Below, in pieces: positions 42,501 to 55,200 of a DNA stretch of 64,000 bases (within the stretch, counting starts at the first letter, position 1; every line of letters begins with the position of its first letter). This DNA is from the human T2T-CHM13v2.0 reference genome, Homo sapiens. The notes under the pieces were generated by a model, which saw nothing but the letters and a program-made list of their open reading frames with translations, did no database searches and had not been told where the DNA came from. The stretch lies in NCBI RefSeq assembly GCF_009914755.1, contig NC_060946.1; one strand, written 5' to 3'. The translations under genes were made by a program, and so were the position numbers.

Positions 42501-42658
42501 GCAGAAGAGGCCCCTGTAATGGCCGATATCACCACCCAGTCTATCCTCACCCCACAGCTGTGCAGCGGGAACCCCCTGCTGGCCCACGTGGCTGCCACAG
42601 CCCATGCTGGCACGACGCTCCAGCAGGTCGGCGTCCCTGCGGGCCAAACTACCGGTGA
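39530..42658 (+). CDS. CTD-like repeat protein, type B (1042 aa), unit 6
   Basis: Intact ORF; the protein appears identical to unit 4. Confidence 0.6.
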   Translation: MSAPKNGRVLSGSSYERSPSPDSPRSMRTSPSFPLSPLRNSGLRGSSSPGIRSYHSPSPRASPHSPLSSPESHKLPFPCPHRDGQSMKPLGSPVSSSEDSSESPRSSIIYHMFLLPSPSSSPQALGGSPVSPSYSPNNPRFQLQSAPHTQESPTNSRASLCSTPASFISSPQGLRDSPVAPSYSPAIPRFLRESAPCAQESPRDSQVSGDYERSPSPDSSRFMPASPSFSLSPPRNSDPRGSSSPGMWKSSTSSRRASPLSHPSSTEFHNFTFPIPNQAGQSLMSLCSPVTSSGDSSQSPHSSIIYHMFLLPSSSSSPPATHDSPVCPSYSPTTPRFQRESVPHTPETPTNSQTSVRSSPVSLTSSPPALTDPPVCPSYSPTTPTFQRGSVPGTQGSPPSPPLSLSYSPVSSTSLSPTLRDSPVCPSYSPNTPTLQRESVAGTQKSPPNSPISLRYSPVSLMSSPSLRDSPVCPSYSPTTPTFQLESVPGTPESPPNSPISLSYSSVSSTSLSPTLRDSPVCPSYSPTTPTLQRESVPGTQESPPNSPISLSYSSVSSTSLSPTLRDSPVCPSYSPTTPTLQRESVPGTQESPPNSPISLNYSPVSLVSSPALRDSPVCPSYSPTTPTFQLESVPGTPESPPNSPVSLSYSSVSLMSSPPALRDSPVCPSYSPTMPRFQRESVPGTHVSPPNSAVSLSYSPVSLMSSPPDPWDSPVCPSYSPTTPRFQRESASHTPESDTDSQTSLNSSLVSLRSLPSSHRDSCVSFSYSQNFSRFQLESVPGTHDTPPNSRISLTYSPVSLMFSPPALRDSSVSLSYSPTISRFHLESASHTLESPANSRTLLQPSPISFTSSPPAFRDSPGSPSFSPAFPRFLPQSAPGTQDNPRHSQASPDYLPMTCTYTGMAPTHSSVTPNPSPLTLRHSQGLTATPRYCPSVRSPGQSTSPHDAVTWPFLHGSQEGPTPSRTRAPPAFRPHTQACPSTCYCHTLASRRGPCNGRYHHPVYPHPTAVQREPPAGPRGCHSPCWHDAPAGRRPCGPNYR

Positions 42659-45600
42659 CATGTCTAGCGTGACCCTCCTTCCTGGCAGTGACACTGTTGA
42701 TGTGAACCCCAATTTCACATCTGTCATTTGTAAATAGGACCATTTTCCCTTTTCGCTCTCCCTTCCATTCACAGGGCTTTTCATTCTCTCTGTTACTGCC
42801 TCCGTTTCAGATATTTACTCACCTTTTTCTCTCTCACTATGTCTGCCGTGGTCTCCATGAGAGTGCGCCACATAAGATTCCCCCATTAAAAGTCATGAAT
42901 TGAGTGGCTTTTAGTATACCTGTGGTTGTGCACATTCAAATTTAATTCGCAATTCATTGTAGAACGTCTTATCACTCCCGGCCAGAGAAAAACCCTGTAG
43001 ACATTAGTCACTCCTCATTCTGTCTCAAACCCTCTCCCTGACCCGCAGCCCTAGGTAGCAACTACCTAGTGCGATCAATCCCATATGCATAGATTACCAT
43101 ATTGTGGACATTTCCTATAAGCGGAATTACACAATAGGTGAGCTGTTATGACTGACATAACACGTAGCACAATATTTTCAAGATTCGTCCACATTGTAGG
43201 CTTACCCACAGGGGGAAACCATTTTATTGGGGGCTTTTAGTAACACCGGTGTTTTCTCCTTCCTTACGTCCTTCTTTCCTTCCTTCCTTCCTTCCTTCCT
43301 GACTTCCTTCTTTCCTTCCCTCCTTCCTCCTATTTCTCTCTAACTCCTTCTGCCCTCTCTCTTTCCTATGCCTTAGGTGCATCCCACATTCTGCGTTTTT
43401 TTGGGGAAATCCTCGACAGGTGCAGGAAAATTGTGTTATTGTAACTATTTACCGTTATCTCTCTTTCACGGCTCTCCATCAGTTGTGAACATCTATTGGT
43501 TTATCCCAAGTCACTAAGCATATTTTCATTAGGTAAACCTGTTTTTCCTTATACAGCTGTTTCTGGAGTATAGGGTCGCATACTCATAAACCCAGTGTAA
43601 CTCAGAAACGCATCTAATATTCCAGTAAACCCATCATAACGTTGAAAAATCGTAAATCAAACCATCATAAGTCACGGTTTGTCCGTGGATATGGGCGTCA
43701 TCAATTCCATTGTATTCAGTAATGCTGTACACCATTAACAATGGCAGACTGATTGGGAGTGGATATTGATAGCATTATAAAAGTCAGTTATTAGAGGGAT
43801 ACTTCTTTAACCTGACTGAAGAACTGATCTAATGGCTTTAGTACAGTGCATGATTATGTGCGATGTTTTGAGACAGAGTAGTACATCTGTGAATGAAATT
43901 TTATGGCTTTTTTTTCACTTAGTAGGAACCATTGTGTGTGGAAAAGTGAGAAAATGGCTTTATGCTGTAGGGTCTGGCATTCATTGTAGATGTAAGCTGA
44001 TTTTTCTGTGAGCAAATCTTATTCAATAAAATACTACTCTTTATACTAAAAAACAAAAACAGTGGTGATGTGTGGTCATTATCCTCAGCAAACTTATCCG
44101 GGGAAAGAAAACCAAACGCCACAACTCACTTATAATGGGAGCTGAAAAATGAGATCCCATGGACACAGGAAGGGGAAGAACACACACTGAGGCCTTCCGG
44201 GAGACAGAGCGTTAAGAAAAACAGCTACTGCATGCTGGGCCTAATACCTAGGTGATGGGTTGACAGGTGCAGCAAACCACCATGGCACACGTTTACCTTA
44301 GTAACAAATCTGCACATCCTGCACATATACCCCAGAACTTAGGAACGAAACGAAACAAAAGACAACGAAAAAACAATAGCAAAACGCTAAAGGCAAAATA
44401 AAGTTTCAAACTGAGAAAGTGACAGACCAACGTCTGGTTCAAATCATGGTTCTCAACCCAGGTGCCATAAGGTCGGGATAAAGGATGTGATTACATATTG
44501 TCAATAAGACATGCAGCAAATGACCAGAATGATTATTCTCAACATATGTGTGTCTTCTAATTCAATGGTGACGCTATCTACCGGGACATAGCATTAGATT
44601 CCAAAGGGCCGAGTCCCGCCAGACAGGCCTCCCACACTAATAACAATGGGAAGCCCTACGTTGCTTTACCTGTGCTTCTCAGCCACTGGCTATAAATCAG
44701 GTTGCCACCACTCCCAGATTTAGTTGCATTCATTTGCTGGAAGAGCTCACAGCACGCAGGGAAACACTTACATCTGCCGTTGTATTTTAGCGGACATTGC
44801 ACAAAGTTCAGAAATAAATGTGGGGCCCGGCACGTGGGGAGGGGCGCACTACCTTCCAGGAAGTGTTATCCGGAAGCTCTCTGAACCCAGTCCTTTTGGG
44901 TTTTGATGGAGACCTCATTCTATAGGCATGATGGGTTAAACCATAGGCTATTGGTGATCAACTCCACCTGGGGCTCTCCACCCTCCCTGGAAATTGGGGT
45001 TGAGGTTTTGCCATTCTCAGTCTGACTAAAAGAATTTACCCAAACGGAATTTTAAAACAGATGAGCATAACTGGAATCTTAATTAGATGATTGGATTATC
45101 TGGAGCCACACCTTGATATTCCTAACCCGAGCACCCTCATCCAACGAATGCTCCACCCAACTGGCTCCCAAGTCTCTACGTGGTTCCAGAGCAAAAGGAT
45201 GTTGATACAACGCATATCTCCACCTTTTCTTCAAAGTCTTTTCGCTTACACGGAAAGACTTCTTCAACTGCCATGCATCAGGGTCAGGGGGAGGTCTTGT
45301 TACAACCCAGATCTGCGGATCTCCGGCGTTTGACTGTGGCAAGGATGCTGCTGGTGTCAAAACCACAACGTGGGAACCACAGAACCACTAGTGGGTTTTC
45401 AGTGTTTCAGTGCATACAATTCCTAATATTTCTGGCCAAGAAAACTTGTAAGTTCTTAGATTGTCCCAAAGGTGGCGCATGAAATCAAAGCAGGAGAACA
45501 GTTTCCTACGAGGTGTAGCCTGGGAAAGTTGGGGGTGACTGATGGAAAGGAGGAGTGAAGCTCCGCCCTTTCCGCTGCTAGGCTGCGCCCGAGGCTATTT

Positions 45601-45752
45601 AAACCCACCCTGGCTGGCCTGTACTCAGATCTTCGCGGAGCGGATCAGCGGCCGGAGCGTTTGGCGGACTCTGCGTGGACTTGGAGCTCACAGCGTCTTG
45701 CGACTTGGAAGCGGGTTCAGAGGACAGGACAGAACACTTGGGCAAGTGAATC

Positions 45753-45783
<31 letters not shown>

Positions 45784-45958
45784 CATTGGTTGGTTGATTT
45801 CCATTTTCTTAAGGGGCACATACCTCACACCGCACACACACAAACACACACACGCACACACACACGCACACGCACACGCACACACACGCACACACACTCC
45901 TTCCTTCTGCGAGTTAGAACATTAGTAGGGGCCCCTGGGAGCTGCAGGTTTCCTAATC

Positions 45959-48940
45959 ATGTCTGCACCTAAGAACAGTAGGGTCTTGTCTGGCTCTTCT
46001 TATGAACGGTTCCCCAGCCCGGACTCCCCAAGGTCCATGCGAGCCTCACCCAGCTTCTCCCTCTCCCCTCTCAGAAACTCAGGCTTAAGGGGAAGCTCCT
46101 CACCAGGGATCCGGAGCTACCATTCACCATCCCCTAGGGCTTCACCACACTCACCTCTGTCGTCACCAGAATCCCACAAGCTCCCATTTCCCTGTCCTCA
46201 CCGTGATGGGCAATCAATGAAGCCATTGGGCTCTCCCGTGTCCTCTTCTGAGGATTCCTCAGAGTCCCCACGTTCATCAATAATATACCACATGTTCTTA
46301 CTGCCATCACCCAGCAGCTCACCCCCAGCTCTCGGGGGGTCTCCTGTGTCTCCCAGCTACTCTCCAAACAACCCCAGATTTCAGCTGCGGTCAGCCCCCC
46401 ACACCCAGGAATCACCTACAAACTCACGAGCCTCACTTTGCTCCACCCCCGTGTCTTTCATCTCTTCACCCCCAGGCCTCAGGGACTCTCCTGTGGCTCC
46501 CAGTTACTCTCCAGCCATCCCCAGGTTCCTGCGGGAGTCAGCCCCATGCGCCCAGGAGTCCCCCAGAGACTCACAGGTCTCGGGAGATTATGAGCGGTCC
46601 CCCAGCCCTGACTCCTCAAGATTCATGTCTGTCTCACCCAGCTTCTCCCTCTCCCCTCCCAGAAACTCAGACCCAAGGGGCAGCTCCTCACCAGGGATGT
46701 GGAAGTCCTCTACATCATCCCGCAGGGCTTCACCACTCTCACATCCGTCATCAACAGAATTCCACAACTTTACGTTTCCCTTTCCTAACCAAGCAGGACA
46801 GTCACTCATGTCATTGTGTTCTCCCGTGACCTCCTCTGGAGATTCTTCACAGTCACCTCATTCATCAATAATATACCATATGTTCTTACTGCCATCATCC
46901 AGCAGCTCACCCCCAGCCACCCATGACTCTCCTGTCTGTCCCAGCTACTCTCCAACTACGCCCAGATTTCAGCGGGAGTCTGTACCCCACACCACAGAAA
47001 CACCTACAAACTCACAGACCTCAGTGAGATCCTCGCCAGTCTCTCTCACGTCTTCACCCCCAGCCCTTACGGACCCTCCAGTCTGTCCCAGCTACTCTCC
47101 AACCACGCCCACATTTCAGCGCGGGTCAGTTCCAGGAACCCAGGGATCACCACCAAGCCCACCGCTTTCACTGAGTTACTCCCCAGTCTCTAGCACGTCT
47201 TTATCTCCAACCCTCAGGGACTCGCCTGTCTGTCCCAGCTACTCTCCAAACACGCCCACACTTCAGCGGGAGTCCGTTGCAGGCACCCAGAAGTCACCAT
47301 CAAACTCACCAATTTCACTGCGTTACTCCCCAGTCTCTCTCATGTCTTCACCATCCCTCAGGGACTCTCCCGTCTGTCCCAGCTACTCTCCAACCACGCC
47401 CACATTTCAGCTGGAGTCAGTTCCAGGCACCCAGGAATCACCACCAAACTCACCAATTTCACTCAGTTACTCCTCAGTCTCTAGCACGTCTTTATCTCCA
47501 ACCCTCAGGGACTCTCCTGTGTGTCCCAGCTACTCTCCAACCACGCCCACACTTCAGCGGGAGTCAGTTCCAGGCACCCAGGAATCACCACCAAACTCAC
47601 CAATTTCACTCAATTACTCTCCAGTCTCTCTCGTGTCTTCACCAGCCCTCAGGGACTCTCCTGTCTGTCCCAGCTACTCTCCAACCACGCCCACATTTCA
47701 GCTGGAGTCAGTTCCAGGCACCCCGGAGTCACCACCAAACTCACCAGTTTCACTCAGTTACTCCCCGGTCTCTCTCATGTCTTCACCCCCAGCCCTCAGG
47801 GACTCTCCTGTGCGTCCCAGCTACTCTCCAACCATGCCCAGATTTCAGCGGGAGTCAGTTCCAGGCACCCATGTGTCATCACCAAACTCAGCAGTTTCAC
47901 TGAGTTACTCCCCAGTCTCTCTCATGTCTTCACCCCCAGACCCCTGGGACTCTCCTGTCTGTCCCAGCTACTCTCCCACCACGCCCAGATTTCAGCGGGA
48001 GTCAGCCTCCCACACTCCGGAATCAGATACAGACTCACAGACTTCACTGAGCTCCTCCCTGGTCTCTCTCAGGTCTTTGCCCTCATCCCACAGGGACTCT
48101 TGTGTCTCTTTCAGCTACTCTCAAAACTTCTCTAGATTCCAGCTGGAGTCAGTTCCAGGCACCCACGATACACCACCGAACTCACGAATTTCACTGACTT
48201 ACTCCACTGTCTCCCTCATGTTCTCACCCCCAGCCCTCAGGGACTCTTCTGTCTCTCTCAGCTACTCTCCAACCATCTCCAGATTTCACCTGGAGTCAGC
48301 TTCCCACACCCTGGAATCACCTGCAAACTCACGGACCTTACTGCAACCATCCCCCATTTCTTTCACCTCTTCACCCCCTGCCTTCAGGGACTCTCCTGGG
48401 TCTCCCAGCTTCTCTCCAGCCTTCCCCAGATTTCTGCCACAGTCAGCCCCAGGCACCCAGGACAACCCTAGACACTCACAGGCCTCACCAGACTATCTCC
48501 CTATGACCTGTACCTATACAGGGATGGCTCCCACGCATCCCTCAGTGACCCCAAACCCATCTCAACTTACACTCAGGCACTCCCAGGGCCTGACAGCTAC
48601 ACCCCGTTATTGTCCTTCAGTTCGAAGCCCTGGCCAATCTACTAGCCCACATGACGCAGTTACCTGGCCATTTCTCCACGGTTCCCGGGAGGGCCCCACA
48701 CCCAGTCGCACAAGAGCCCCTCCTGCATTCCGTCCTCACACGCAGGCCTGTCCATCTACTTGCTACTGTCACACTCTTGCCAGCAGAAGAGGCCCCTGTA
48801 ATGGCCGATATCACCACCCAGTCTATCCTCACCCCACAGCTGTGCAGCGGGAACCCCCTGCTGGCCCACGTGGCTGCCACAGCCCATGCTGGCACGACGC
48901 TCCAGCAGGTCGGCGTCCCTGCGGGCCAAACTACCGGTGA
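45959..48940 (+). CDS. CTD-like repeat protein, type A (993 aa), unit 7
   Basis: Intact ORF; the protein appears identical to unit 3. Confidence 0.6.
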   Translation: MSAPKNSRVLSGSSYERFPSPDSPRSMRASPSFSLSPLRNSGLRGSSSPGIRSYHSPSPRASPHSPLSSPESHKLPFPCPHRDGQSMKPLGSPVSSSEDSSESPRSSIIYHMFLLPSPSSSPPALGGSPVSPSYSPNNPRFQLRSAPHTQESPTNSRASLCSTPVSFISSPPGLRDSPVAPSYSPAIPRFLRESAPCAQESPRDSQVSGDYERSPSPDSSRFMSVSPSFSLSPPRNSDPRGSSSPGMWKSSTSSRRASPLSHPSSTEFHNFTFPFPNQAGQSLMSLCSPVTSSGDSSQSPHSSIIYHMFLLPSSSSSPPATHDSPVCPSYSPTTPRFQRESVPHTTETPTNSQTSVRSSPVSLTSSPPALTDPPVCPSYSPTTPTFQRGSVPGTQGSPPSPPLSLSYSPVSSTSLSPTLRDSPVCPSYSPNTPTLQRESVAGTQKSPSNSPISLRYSPVSLMSSPSLRDSPVCPSYSPTTPTFQLESVPGTQESPPNSPISLSYSSVSSTSLSPTLRDSPVCPSYSPTTPTLQRESVPGTQESPPNSPISLNYSPVSLVSSPALRDSPVCPSYSPTTPTFQLESVPGTPESPPNSPVSLSYSPVSLMSSPPALRDSPVRPSYSPTMPRFQRESVPGTHVSSPNSAVSLSYSPVSLMSSPPDPWDSPVCPSYSPTTPRFQRESASHTPESDTDSQTSLSSSLVSLRSLPSSHRDSCVSFSYSQNFSRFQLESVPGTHDTPPNSRISLTYSTVSLMFSPPALRDSSVSLSYSPTISRFHLESASHTLESPANSRTLLQPSPISFTSSPPAFRDSPGSPSFSPAFPRFLPQSAPGTQDNPRHSQASPDYLPMTCTYTGMAPTHPSVTPNPSQLTLRHSQGLTATPRYCPSVRSPGQSTSPHDAVTWPFLHGSREGPTPSRTRAPPAFRPHTQACPSTCYCHTLASRRGPCNGRYHHPVYPHPTAVQREPPAGPRGCHSPCWHDAPAGRRPCGPNYR

Positions 48941-51900
48941 CATGTCTAGCGTGACCCTCCTTCCTGGCAGTGACACTGTTGATGTGAACCCCAATTTCAC
49001 ATCTGTCATTTGTAAATAGGACCATTTTCCCTTTTCGCTCTCCCTTCCATTCACAGGGCTTTTCATTCTCTCTGTTACTGCCTCCGTTTCAGATATTTAC
49101 TCACCTTTTTCTCTCTCACTATGTCTGCCGTGGTCTCCATGAGAGTGCGCCACATAAGATTCCCCCATTAAAAGTCATGAATTGAGTGGCTTTTAGTATA
49201 CCTGTGGTTGTGCACATTCAAATTTAATTCGCAATTCATTGTAGAACGTCTTATCACTCCCGGCCAGAGAAAAACCCTGTAGACATTAGTCACTCCTCAT
49301 TCTGTCTCAAACCCTCTCCCTGACCCTCAGCCCTAGGTAGCAACTACCTAGTGCGATCAATCCCATATGCATAGATTATCATATTGTGGACATTTCCTAT
49401 AAGCGGAATTACACAATAGGTGAGCTGTTATGACTGACATAACACGTAGCACAATATTTTCAAGATTCGTCCACATTGTAGGCTTACCCACAGGGGGAAA
49501 CCATTTTATTGGGGGCTTTTAGTAACACCGGTGTTTTCTCCTTCCTTACATCCTTCTTTCCATCCTTCCTTCCTTCCTTCCTTCCTGACTTCCTTCTTTC
49601 CTTCCCTCCTTCCTCCTATTTCTCTCTTACTCCTTCTGCCCTCTCTCTTTCCTATGCCTTAGGTGCATCCCACATTCTGCGTTTTTTTGGGGGAAATCCT
49701 CGACAGGTGCAGGAAAATTGTGTTATTGTAACTATTTACCGTTATCTCTCTTTCACGGCTCTCCATCAGTTGTGAACATCTATTGGTTTATCCCAAGTCA
49801 CTAAGCATATTTTCATTAGGTAAACCTGTTTTTCCTTATACAGATGTTTCTGGAGTATAGGGTCGCATACTCATAAACCCAGTGTAACTCAGAAACGCAT
49901 CTAATATTCCAGTAAACCCATCATAACGTTGAAAAATCGTAAATCAAACCATCATAAGTCACGGTTTGTCCGTGGATATGGGCGTCATCAATTCCATTGT
50001 ATTCAGTAATGCTGTACACCATTAACAATGGCAGACTGATTGGGAGTGGATATTGATAGCATTATAAAAGTCAGTTATTAGAGGGATACTTCTTTAACCT
50101 GACTGAAGAACTGATCTAATGGCTTTAGTACAGTGCATGATTATGTGCGATGTTTTGAGACAGAGTAGTACATTTGTGAATGAAATTTTATGGCTTTTTT
50201 TTCACTTAGTAGGAACCATTGTGTGTGGAAAAGTGAGAAAATGGCTTTATGCTGTAGGGTCTGGCATTCATTGTAGATGTAAGCTTATTTATCTGTGAGC
50301 AAATCTTATTCAATAAAATACTACTCTTTATACTAAAAAACAAAAACAGTGGTGATGTGTGGTCATTACCCTCAGCAAACTTATCCAGGGAAAAGAAAAC
50401 CAAACGCCACAACTCACTTATAATGGGAGCTGAAAAATGAGATCCCATGGACACAGGAAGGGGAACAACACACACTGGGGCCTTCCGGGAGACAGAGCGT
50501 TAAGAAAAACAGCTACTGCATGCTGGGCCTAATACCTAGGTGATGGGTTGACAGGTGCAGCAAACCACCATGGCACACGTTAACCTTAGTAACAAATCTG
50601 CACATCCTGCACATATACCCCAGAACTTAGGAACGAAACGAAACAAAAGACAACGAAAAAGCAACAGCAAAACGCTAAAGGCAAAATAGAGTTTCAAACT
50701 GAGAAAGTGACAGACCAACGTCTGGTTCAAATCATGGTTCTCAACCCAGGTGCCATAAGGTCGGGATAAAGGATGTGGTTACATATTTTCAATAAGACAT
50801 GCAGCAAATGACCAGAATGATTATTCTCAACATATGTGTGTCTTCTAATTCAATGGTGACGCTATCTACCGGGACATAGCATTAGATTCCAAAGGGCCGA
50901 GTCCCGCCAGACAGGCCTCCCACACTAATAACAATGGGAAGCCCTACGTTGCTTTACCTGTGCTTCTCAGCCACTGGCTATAAATCAGGTTGCCACCACT
51001 CCCAGATTTAGTTGCATTCATTTGCTGGAAGAGCTCACAGCACGCAGGGAAACACTTACATTTGCCGTTGTATTTTAGCGGACATTGCACAAAGTTCAGA
51101 AAAAAATGTGGGGCCCGGCATGTGGGGAGGGGCGCACTACCTTCCAGGAAGTGCTATCCAGAAGCTCTCTGAACCCAGTCCTTTTGGGTTTTGATGGAGA
51201 CCTCATTCTATAGGCATGATGGGTTAAACCATAGGCTATTGGTGATCAACTCCACCTGGGGCTCTCCACCCTCCCTGGAAATTGGGGTTGAGGCTTTGCC
51301 ATCCTCAGTCTGACTAAAAGAATTTACCCAAACGGAATTTTAAAACAGATGAGCATAACTGGAATCTTAATTAGATGATTGGATTATCTGGAGCCACACC
51401 TTGATATTCCTAACCCGAGCACCCTCATCCAACGAATGCTCCACCCAACTGGCTCCCAAGTCTCTACGTGGTTCCAGAGCAAAAGGATGTTGATACAACG
51501 CATATCTCCACCTTTTCTTCAAAGTCTTTTCGCTTACACGGAAAGACTTCTTCAACTGCCATGCATCAGGGTCAGGGGGAGGTCTTGTTACAACCCAGAT
51601 CTGCGGATCTCCGGCGTTTGACTGTGGCAAGGATGCTGCTGGTGTCAAAACCACAACGTGGGAACCACAGAACCACTAGTGGGTTTTCAGTGTTTCAGTG
51701 CATACAATTCCTAATATATCTGGCCAAGAAAACTTGTAAGTTCTTAGATTGTCCCAAAGGTGGCGCATGAAATCAAAGCAGGAGAACAGTTTCCTACGAG
51801 GTGTAGCCTGGGAAAGTTGGGGGTGACTGATGGAAAGGAGGAGTGAAGCTCCGCCCTTTCCGCTGCTAGGCTGCGCCCGAGGCTATTTAAACCCACCCTG

Positions 51901-52242
51901 GCTGGCCTGTACTCAGATCTTCGCGGAGCGGATCAGCGGCCGGAGCGTTTGGTGGACTCTGCGTGGACTTGGAGCTCACAGCGTCTTGCGACTTGGAAGC
52001 GGATTCAGAGGACAGGACAGAACACTTGGGCAAGTGAATCTCTGTCTGTCTGTCTGTCTGTCTGTCTCATTGGTTGGTTGATTTCCATTTTCTTAAGGGG
52101 CACATACCTCACACCGCACACACACAAACACACACACGCACACACACACGCACACGCACACGCACACACACGCACACACACTCCTTCCTTCTGCGAGTTA
52201 GAACATTAGTAGGGGCCCCTGGGAGCTGCAGGTTTCCTAATC

Positions 52243-55200
52243 ATGTCTGCACCTAAGAACGGTAGGGTCTTGTCTGGCTCTTCTTATGAACGGTCCCCCA
52301 GCCCGGACTCCCCAAGGTCCATGCGAACCTCACCCAGCTTCCCCCTCTCCCCTCTCAGAAACTCAGGCTTAAGGGGAAGCTCCTCACCAGGGATCCGGAG
52401 CTACCATTCACCATCCCCTAGGGCTTCACCACACTCACCTCTGTCATCACCAGAATCCCACAAGCTCCCATTTCCCTGTCCTCACCGTGATGGGCAATCA
52501 ATGAAGCCATTGGGCTCTCCAGTGTCCTCCTCTGAGGATTCCTCAGAGTCCCCACGTTCATCAATAATATACCACATGTTCTTACTGCCATCACCCAGCA
52601 GCTCACCCCAGGCTCTCGGGGGGTCTCCCGTGTCTCCCAGCTACTCTCCAAACAACCCCAGATTTCAGCTGCAGTCAGCCCCCCACACCCAGGAATCACC
52701 TACAAACTCACGAGCCTCACTTTGCTCCACCCCTGCGTCTTTCATCTCTTCACCCCAAGGCCTCAGGGACTCTCCTGTGGCTCCCAGTTACTCTCCAGCC
52801 ATCCCCAGGTTCCTGCGGGAGTCAGCCCCATGCGCCCAGGAGTCCCCCAGAGACTCACAGGTCTCGGGAGATTATGAGCGGTCCCCCAGCCCTGACTCCT
52901 CAAGATTCATGCCTGCCTCACCCAGCTTCTCCCTCTCCCCTCCCAGAAACTCAGACCCAAGGGGCAGCTCCTCACCAGGGATGTGGAAGTCCTCTACATC
53001 ATCCCGCAGGGCTTCACCACTCTCACATCCGTCATCAACAGAATTCCACAACTTTACGTTTCCCATTCCTAACCAAGCAGGACAGTCACTCATGTCATTG
53101 TGTTCTCCCGTGACCTCCTCTGGAGATTCTTCACAGTCACCTCATTCATCAATAATATACCATATGTTCTTACTGCCATCATCCAGCAGCTCACCCCCAG
53201 CCACCCATGACTCTCCTGTCTGTCCCAGCTACTCTCCAACTACGCCCAGATTTCAGCGGGAGTCTGTACCCCACACCCCAGAAACACCTACAAACTCACA
53301 GACCTCAGTGAGATCCTCGCCAGTCTCTCTCACGTCTTCACCCCCAGCCCTTACGGACCCTCCAGTCTGTCCCAGCTACTCTCCAACCACGCCCACATTT
53401 CAGCGCGGGTCAGTTCCAGGAACCCAGGGATCACCACCAAGCCCACCGCTTTCACTGAGTTACTCCCCAGTCTCTAGCACGTCTTTATCTCCAACCCTCA
53501 GGGACTCGCCTGTCTGTCCCAGCTACTCTCCAAACACGCCCACACTTCAGCGGGAGTCCGTTGCAGGCACCCAGAAGTCACCACCAAACTCACCAATTTC
53601 ACTGCGTTACTCCCCAGTCTCTCTCATGTCTTCACCATCCCTCAGGGACTCTCCCGTCTGTCCCAGCTACTCTCCAACCACGCCCACATTTCAGCTGGAG
53701 TCAGTTCCAGGCACCCCGGAATCACCACCAAACTCACCAATTTCACTCAGTTACTCCTCAGTCTCTAGCACGTCTCTATCTCCAACCCTCAGGGACTCTC
53801 CTGTGTGTCCCAGCTACTCTCCAACCACGCCCACACTTCAGCGGGAGTCAGTTCCAGGCACCCAGGAATCACCACCAAACTCACCAATTTCACTCAGTTA
53901 CTCCTCAGTCTCTAGCACGTCTTTATCTCCAACCCTCAGGGACTCTCCTGTGTGTCCCAGCTACTCTCCAACCACGCCCACACTTCAGCGGGAGTCAGTT
54001 CCAGGCACCCAGGAATCACCACCAAACTCACCAATTTCACTCAATTACTCTCCAGTCTCTCTCGTGTCTTCACCAGCCCTCAGGGACTCTCCTGTCTGTC
54101 CCAGCTACTCTCCAACCACGCCCACATTTCAGCTGGAGTCAGTTCCAGGCACCCCGGAGTCACCACCAAACTCACCAGTTTCACTCAGTTACTCCCCGGT
54201 CTCTCTCATGTCTTCACCCCCAGCCCTCAGGGACTCTCCTGTGCGTCCCAGCTACTCTCCAACCATGCCCAGATTTCAGCGGGAGTCAGTTCCAGGCACC
54301 CATGTGTCATCACCAAACTCAGCAGTTTCACTGAGTTACTCCCCAGTCTCTCTCATGTCTTCACCCCCAGACCCCTGGGACTCTCCTGTCTGTCCCAGCT
54401 ACTCTCCCACCACGCCCAGATTTCAGCGGGAGTCAGCCTCCCACACTCCGGAATCAGATACAGACTCACAGACTTCACTGAGCTCCTCCCTGGTCTCTCT
54501 CAGGTCTTTGCCCTCATCCCACAGGGACTCTTGTGTCTCTTTCAGCTACTCTCAAAACTTCTCTAGATTCCAGCTGGAGTCAGTTCCAGGCACCCACGAT
54601 ACACCACCGAACTCACGAATTTCACTGACTTACTCCCCTGTCTCCCTCATGTTCTCACCCCCAGCCCTCAGGGACTCTTCTGTCTCTCTCAGCTACTCTC
54701 CAACCATCTCCAGATTTCACCTGGAGTCAGCTTCCCACACCCTGGAATCACCTGCAAACTCACGGACCTTACTGCAACCATCCCCCATTTCTTTCACCTC
54801 TTCACCCCCTGCCTTCAGGGACTCTCCTGGGTCTCCCAGCTTCTCTCCAGCCTTCCCCAGATTTCTGCCACAGTCAGCCCCAGGCACCCAGGACAACCCT
54901 AGACACTCACAGGCCTCACCAGACTATCTCCCTATGACCTGTACCTATACAGGGATGGCTCCCACGCATCCCTCAGTGACCCCAAACCCATCTCAACTTA
55001 CACTCAGGCACTCCCAGGGCCTGACAGCTACACCCCGTTATTGTCCTTCAGTTCGAAGCCCTGGCCAATCTACTAGCCCACATGACGCAGTTACCTGGCC
55101 ATTTCTCCACGGTTCCCGGGAGGGCCCCACACCCAGCCGCACAAGAGCCCCTCCTGCATTCCGTCCTCACACGCAGGCCTGTCCATCTACTTGCTACTGT

